DNA of 20,000 nucleotides, from IMG/VR virus record IMGVR_UViG_3300033165_000106; one strand, written 5' to 3'. The translations under genes and the position numbers were made by a program. Under the pieces are notes generated by a model. That model worked only from the letters and a program-made list of their open reading frames with translations, was not told the DNA's origin and ran no database searches. Within the stretch, counting starts at the first letter, position 1; every line of letters starts with the position of its first letter. Below, piece by piece: positions 14,719-20,000 of the stretch. Origin of the DNA: an uncultured virus (IMG/VR IMGVR_UViG_3300033165_000106). Taxonomy: Duplodnaviria; Heunggongvirae; Uroviricota; Caudoviricetes.

Positions 14719-17700
14719 CCTACCGCCTGTTGTGCCAAAAGATATTGCGAATACATTTGCTGGTTCTGCATATAGGTTGAAGAAGGCTGAGGACCAACAA
14801 ACTGGGGTGAGTAGGTGTTATAGTTGACGTTGCTTTCAGACGATCCTACCGCCGGAGCGGTGCCTGTCAGAAAGGAAAAAGCCGACGAAACCGCACCGCT
14901 GATGAGCGTCAGAAGTGTAGACGCTGTGTTATAGAAGTTTATCAACTGTGTTGTAACCGATGTAGTTGAGTTGGTAATCCCCATCGAGAAAATGTCAAAC
15001 TGATACAGGATCGAGTTGAGAACGGACTGCAGGTAGGTTTGATACGACTGCATACCGTAAATCAGACCCAGCATCACATCCTGACCGATTGTCATGAAAA
15101 GCTGAGATGGGGATCCTATCTGCCAGGCACGTTTAATAAACTCAGTTGCTCCGTCTGTTACTTTCTTGATAAACCGTAACCAACTCCACAGTGCTCCATC
15201 CACTCCATATCCGAGTGATTTAATAATGGCATCTCCTAAAGGAATCATCGACTGTTCAATGTTATCTGACATAGCCTTTTGAGTTTGTGGTGAGATAGGA
15301 GAAACTTTAGCCATCTCTTCATCAATAATCTCTTGGTAGGGTTTGTTGAGTCCCAACAACTCTTCGTACCCGCCCTTTAAGGCTTCTCCTATGCCAAACA
15401 CATCAAACAAATCTCGGAATGGACCTAATGTAGCGAGATCGACCAGCGTTTTAACAAACTGATTGAAAATAAATCGGGCAGATCCCTTAGTCATAGGTAC
15501 TAAATACGACTGCACCCAGGCACCAAACATATCCCAAACCGATTGAAGCCCCGGTTTAAGGATTGGATCCCACACTTGAGTTTCAATAAAGGAGCCAACA
15601 GCGCTAAAGAGCACGTTAAAGCCCTCTTCGATACGCCCCTTGACTTCTTCGCTGGTGATATGAGCATAAAGCTGATCAATTAAACTCCTTACGGATTCAA
15701 TTAGACCGCCTTCGCGCACGAGATCAGACGACAAATCGAAACCGGCTTGTTTCAGTCCTTTTCTGCGCTGCGCATCTCCGTAGTCGGGTATTTCTCGTGT
15801 CACTCCCGCAGGAGTAGTCATGAAGAATTTACGTTGTTCTTTACCGAATAGAGCGTCCTCGAAAGCGTCTTTGACTACGCTTCCGATACTGGATATACCT
15901 GCGGCAAGCAAGTTCATTCCATCCGTTTGCAACCACGACACAGCACTGTTTACAAACGATTCAAGACTGGGTTTGACGGCATCCCAAAGCGTACCTGCCG
16001 CTAGAATAATTCCGTCCCAGATTGTCTTAAGAGTCGGACCTAACTCTTCAAAGACACCTTTAAGACCGCCCTCTTTGTAAGCGTTAACCAGGCTGGTAAA
16101 AGCGTCTACGACAACCGTTACGATATTAGCAATGAGCGCGAAACCTTGCAGACTGAAGGATACAATCTGCCCTAAGATCTCGCCCGCTGTTTTGCCAATG
16201 TTCGATGCGGTACTCTCGAAATCTGGCTCAAGCTGGCTGATAAACTCATCCTGTGTCTTTTGGGCGCTGCCAAAAATAGCGGTGAACAGTGCCCCGAAAG
16301 AAGAGAAAGCATCTTTAACAGCGCGAATGAACGTATCAAACGCCGCCGCCATGTCGCCAAAACTTTCGGTCCACCCAATGAAAAATCCGCCCAAAAACTG
16401 AGCAATTGCTGTAGTCAGAGCAATAATCCGGTCGCTGGTTGAGCCAACTGACTTTTCTAGCTTTAGAGAGTTGGTAACGCCGTTGATCAAGAACTTGACA
16501 AAAGCAGCCGTTGCTTTGTAAATCTGAATAGCGTGAGCAGTTGCCGTACCCAAAGCGTAAGAGAATTTGCGTGCGTTTTCTTCGCTGGCACCCAAAGCCT
16601 TAGCAATGCCGAGAATACCCCCCTGACGACCAGATCCTAAACTACCGCCCGACACAAACAAAAGTAAAGCTCGCTCGATGCCTTCTCGTTTAATGTCTTC
16701 GGTAAAATTTGTGAAAGACAGCTTGAACTCAGCTAACAACTTATCCCAGTTCTTCACCGCTTGTGTGATAACTTTTGGCGCAAACAATAGTGTAAAACCC
16801 GCCGCTGCTATCGCAATCAGGGACGGAATAGCCTTGAGAGGTTTCAGAATGAAGCTGACGAGAGACGCGCCAAAGACAGGAATACGTTTGGCGGTGCCTG
16901 TAATGAGAGTCCCAAAAATACCGAAGGTGCTTTTAATGGCCCCACCTAAAGATCCAAAAATCGTATTAACCAGTTTTTGAATAGGAGAAGTTATGACATC
17001 AAACGCCCGTCCAATGCCAAACCCTAAGCCTGGAGTAATAAAACTGAATAACAAAGACAGGAAGTTAGTCCCAAATCCGCGCAAGACTCCAACAATAGAT
17101 CCTGGCACACGAGTTAGAACACTAAATCCCCCTACGAGAACGGTGTTAACAAATCCAGACACCAGTTTAGTGACGGGTGAAATAGCCGCGCTTAAAATAG
17201 ACGTGAAAATACCCACAAAGCCTTTAATGTCTTTAGCGAAGGATTGGGGCTTCGGGATCAGTCGAGTGAGTCCGCTCAGCAACCCGCCTTTCTTGTCTTT
17301 ACCTTTTCCGCTCCCAAAGAATAACCCAAAAATGCCCAATAGAGGAGTGAAGGGTAGGGTTAGCAAGCCACGAAACGCCCCGCTGAGCTTGGTCAAACCG
17401 ATAACTGCGTTACCTGCCAACTGCGTCAGTGTACCAATAGCTAGCAGCGCTGGTCCAAAGGTAGCAATTAACAACCCAAAGCGGAGAATAGTCTGCCTGA
17501 GAGCCGGATCCATGTCGATAAAGCGTTGGATCAGGCTCCTCATTCCTGTGATCAGCCCCTCAATGTCCGCTCGCAGATCTTTGAGGACTTCGACGCCCAA
17601 AGCCATGAACGAGTTTTTGAGCAGTTGGAGTTGATTTCTAATCGTCTTGGATTGCTTTACGAACTCTTCCTGCAGGGCAATTTGTTCCTGCCACTGCATA

Positions 17701-18839
17701 TTCGCAAGAGCGACATTCTCTCGCACCAATTCAATGTTAGGGCCGAGCAGATTCAGAACTTCTCGAACGCGGATACCCGACAATCCCAACTCTAAAAGAG
17801 TATCTTTGGTGATCTTTCCGGCGTCTTGCGCGTCAGCCAGTCGGGTTAAAAATAACTCTAATGTTCCTAAAGCGTCTGTCTTAAAGCGAGTGGCAAATTC
17901 TTGGGCGCTCAACCCGGCAATCTGCGCAAATGTGTCCAGAGCATCGCCACCATCTGAAATAGCGAAGATCATCTCGTAAATGACGCGGGAAACGGCTGTA
18001 CCGCCCCGTTCCGCTCTTACGCCCATCTCTGCCAGAGACGTAGAAAGCCCTAAAATATCGGGGGTTGTCAGTCCTGCTACTCTACCCGCCGCTGCCAAAC
18101 GTAGAGTCAAATTGACAATTTCAGGCTCGGTTGCAGCGGCATTATTACCGAGAGCTACGATAGAGGCACCAAACCGCTGTGCAAATTCAGCCATCTTTTC
18201 GGATTCGACGCCCATGATGTTTGCCACACGAGCGATAGCGAAAGCGGCGGCTTCGCTAGAAAGATCGGTTGTGACCGACAGCATAGCGATTGTTTCAGTA
18301 AATTCTTCAATCTGAGAGGCTGAAACACCTAACTGACCGGATACCTGACCGATTCGTGCTAACTCAGTAGCAGCAATGGGAATGTTGAGCGATAGATCGA
18401 TAAACTGATCGCTCAATTTCTCACCAAAATCCGTTAACTTGCCAAACTCTTCGTTGGTAAATACCGCTTGCTTTTGTAGATCATTCAAACCAGTAGTTGT
18501 GCCGTACATCTCGGTGGCAATTTCGTTAAAGCCTTTGGCTACGCCGTCTACTGTCTTAGCGACTCCAACGAAAGCCTGTTCAAAATCGATACCGGCTTTG
18601 ACCAATGTACCTGTTAAAGCTAAGATGGGAGCAGTCACGCCAAAGGTCAGAGTACGACCAAAGGACACCATTGCATCGCCAGCGCGAACCAGACTGCGAC
18701 CGAAAGCGGCGGATCCCGCGCTGGCAGCGTCCATTGTGGCGGCGAATCGGGTGAGGTCGTTGCGGAGAGCGCCAACCTGACGGTGCGCCTCTGCCGCTCC
18801 CAAAACCACGATCCTAATGCCGACATTTGTGTTAGCCAT
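14715..18839 (-). CDS. Tail tape measure protein (TP901-like core)
   Basis: 1374 aa, Ala/Gly-rich and helical. LTFGVTAPILAL...AGIDFEQAFVGVAKTVD, ELARIGQVSGQLGV, LGNNAAATEPEI, AERGGTAVSR; C-terminal IGSPSQLFMTIG. Confidence 0.95.
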   Translation of the reverse strand: MANTNVGIRIVVLGAAEAHRQVGALRNDLTRFAATMDAASAGSAAFGRSLVRAGDAMVSFGRTLTFGVTAPILALTGTLVKAGIDFEQAFVGVAKTVDGVAKGFNEIATEMYGTTTGLNDLQKQAVFTNEEFGKLTDFGEKLSDQFIDLSLNIPIAATELARIGQVSGQLGVSASQIEEFTETIAMLSVTTDLSSEAAAFAIARVANIMGVESEKMAEFAQRFGASIVALGNNAAATEPEIVNLTLRLAAAGRVAGLTTPDILGLSTSLAEMGVRAERGGTAVSRVIYEMIFAISDGGDALDTFAQIAGLSAQEFATRFKTDALGTLELFLTRLADAQDAGKITKDTLLELGLSGIRVREVLNLLGPNIELVRENVALANMQWQEQIALQEEFVKQSKTIRNQLQLLKNSFMALGVEVLKDLRADIEGLITGMRSLIQRFIDMDPALRQTILRFGLLIATFGPALLAIGTLTQLAGNAVIGLTKLSGAFRGLLTLPFTPLLGIFGLFFGSGKGKDKKGGLLSGLTRLIPKPQSFAKDIKGFVGIFTSILSAAISPVTKLVSGFVNTVLVGGFSVLTRVPGSIVGVLRGFGTNFLSLLFSFITPGLGFGIGRAFDVITSPIQKLVNTIFGSLGGAIKSTFGIFGTLITGTAKRIPVFGASLVSFILKPLKAIPSLIAIAAAGFTLLFAPKVITQAVKNWDKLLAEFKLSFTNFTEDIKREGIERALLLFVSGGSLGSGRQGGILGIAKALGASEENARKFSYALGTATAHAIQIYKATAAFVKFLINGVTNSLKLEKSVGSTSDRIIALTTAIAQFLGGFFIGWTESFGDMAAAFDTFIRAVKDAFSSFGALFTAIFGSAQKTQDEFISQLEPDFESTASNIGKTAGEILGQIVSFSLQGFALIANIVTVVVDAFTSLVNAYKEGGLKGVFEELGPTLKTIWDGIILAAGTLWDAVKPSLESFVNSAVSWLQTDGMNLLAAGISSIGSVVKDAFEDALFGKEQRKFFMTTPAGVTREIPDYGDAQRRKGLKQAGFDLSSDLVREGGLIESVRSLIDQLYAHITSEEVKGRIEEGFNVLFSAVGSFIETQVWDPILKPGLQSVWDMFGAWVQSYLVPMTKGSARFIFNQFVKTLVDLATLGPFRDLFDVFGIGEALKGGYEELLGLNKPYQEIIDEEMAKVSPISPQTQKAMSDNIEQSMIPLGDAIIKSLGYGVDGALWSWLRFIKKVTDGATEFIKRAWQIGSPSQLFMTIGQDVMLGLIYGMQSYQTYLQSVLNSILYQFDIFSMGITNSTTSVTTQLINFYNTASTLLTLISGAVSSAFSFLTGTAPAVGSSESNVNYNTYSPQFVGPQPSSTYMQNQQMYSQYLLAQQAVG

Positions 18840-19115
18840 TTACTTACGTTTCCTGTTTTGCCGCTCCATCTCGTCTTGTTGGGCGTCATGAACGTGTGAC
18901 TCGATGAGCTTGTCTAGGAGATAATGCGCTACGATTTCGGCTTGCTGTTCATACGTCAGATCAAGCCAGGTGGTGTGATAACAGTAATTCGCAGCATTAC
19001 AGGCGGATATCACGTAAATATCGGGGATTAAACCGGGGATATGTCGGATATCAATCCCCGTCTCCATCCGGTGGCGCAGGTTCAGACGGTGGATCGGCTT
19101 CCCCGCTCTCGTCAC
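18840..19115 (-). CDS. Tail assembly chaperone, downstream (gpT-like) part
   Basis: Lies between the chaperone and the tape measure, overlapping the upstream ORF by 65 nt in the +1 frame. WLDLTYEQQAEIVAHY. Confidence 0.65.
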   Translation of the reverse strand: MTRAGKPIHRLNLRHRMETGIDIRHIPGLIPDIYVISACNAANYCYHTTWLDLTYEQQAEIVAHYLLDKLIESHVHDAQQDEMERQNRKRK

Positions 19116-19650
19116 TCCGAAATTTGCTCATCTCGGTTTCAACCGCCCCTTCAGTGATACCCAGGAGCTTGCCCACCTGTTCGGACAGAAGCAGTTGATC
19201 GGAGTCTTCGGGAGCCGCGACATACGTCACCCAGGCCAGATAGCGCAGGGCAGGCGACTTAGGGACGATCACGCCAAAGTGCTCGCGTTCTTCAACCCAG
19301 GAGTTATCCTCAATCGACGGAAGGTGTTCTGGCTTTTCAATCAGATACGTGCCCTTCATGATCCCGAAATCCGATACCGCGAAAACGAGATCCATCTCCC
19401 ACTGTTGAGTTTTTTCAAGGTAAGTGGGATCAGCCGGATTCAGTTCTTCCCGATCTTTCTGGTCGTTCCACACCATCGGCACTTGAGGTTTGCGCTTCTC
19501 AAAAAGATCATACAGATCTCGAATGAAGCGTTTAGGGATGGGCTGAGTCCCTAGCACAACTCCCGTGCTAAACCGGATCAACCCATCCTCTGTTTTTTCT
19601 TCGTGGCTCGCCGCCTGAGCCAAAACTTCGTTATAGTCCTGACGATCCAT
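19051..19650 (-). CDS. Tail assembly chaperone (gpG-like)
   Basis: 199-aa acidic ORF in the canonical position upstream of the tape measure. Confidence 0.7.
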   Translation of the reverse strand: MDRQDYNEVLAQAASHEEKTEDGLIRFSTGVVLGTQPIPKRFIRDLYDLFEKRKPQVPMVWNDQKDREELNPADPTYLEKTQQWEMDLVFAVSDFGIMKGTYLIEKPEHLPSIEDNSWVEEREHFGVIVPKSPALRYLAWVTYVAAPEDSDQLLLSEQVGKLLGITEGAVETEMSKFRSDESGEADPPSEPAPPDGDGD

Positions 19651-19655
19651 TTTTA

Positions 19656-20000
19656 CTACGATCCTTTCAGAATAATCCCGTCCGCACCGTTATCCGCCAA
19701 TCCGCCCGCAAAGACCACATTCGCCTCATGCCAGCAGGTTGCCAGGGCATTGATTTGGTCGTTCGCCGGAATCGAGCCGGAGCCTTCGGGAAGCACGTAC
19801 CACGAGTGTCCACCGTCCAACGAACGGAGGATACGACCGGCAGTTGCCGAAGTCTTGTGCGCGAGATAGAGCACGTTACGGGTAGCCGCCACGATAGCGC
19901 GAACTTCACCCGTGCCGCCACCCCCGGTTGTATCGCCAGCGAAGCGCATTTGCGTCCAGCTTGTTCCAGAGTTCTCAGTGTACCAGGCCGCGTTATCGGC
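19656..20000 (-). CDS. C-terminus of an Asp-box/BNR-repeat virion protein, truncated by the window end
   Basis: The frame stays open past the annotated ATG to 20000 (ADNAAWYTENSGTSWTQMRF...). Asp-boxes YTENSGTSW and RSLDGGHSW. Confidence 0.75.
   Translation of the reverse strand, partial: ADNAAWYTENSGTSWTQMRFAGDTTGGGGTGEVRAIVAATRNVLYLAHKTSATAGRILRSLDGGHSWYVLPEGSGSIPANDQINALATCWHEANVVFAGGLADNGADGIILKGS

Noticed and set aside
15820..18780. Multiple + strand ORFs (86-213 aa) opposite the tape measure gene
   Set aside because: Antisense shadows of a long Ala/Gly/Leu-rich coding sequence; no independent signals.

Overview
Fragment of a tailed, probably temperate siphovirus-like phage or prophage genome with two convergent arms. 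The + strand arm (1-11065) holds replication, modification and accessory genes: the C-terminus of a DnaB-like helicase, an AT-rich PAPS-reductase-like PP-loop protein, a family A DNA polymerase (Leu at the 762-equivalent position), an NPPF amino-methyltransferase, an orphan RelE/ParE-like protein, a tyrosine recombinase behind a perfect sigma70 promoter, many small ORFs, a VRR-NUC nuclease and a degenerate HNH-like protein. The - strand arm (11062-20000) is a tail module: an Asp-box protein, tail assembly chaperones, tape measure, Dit, a Gp37-like/beta-propeller tail-tip protein and a small fibre-like protein. Two things stand out. (1) Directly after the recombinase stop codon is an array of small promoterless ORFs, each preceded by a conserved ~34-bp double-dyad repeat that includes the RBS. 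This is an integron-like cassette architecture without attC or IntI features. (2) A complete IS200/IS605 element (tnpA+tnpB, 9154-10831) is inserted exactly between the RBS and the ATG of a phage gene. All protein family calls are by motif recognition only; no searches were run.
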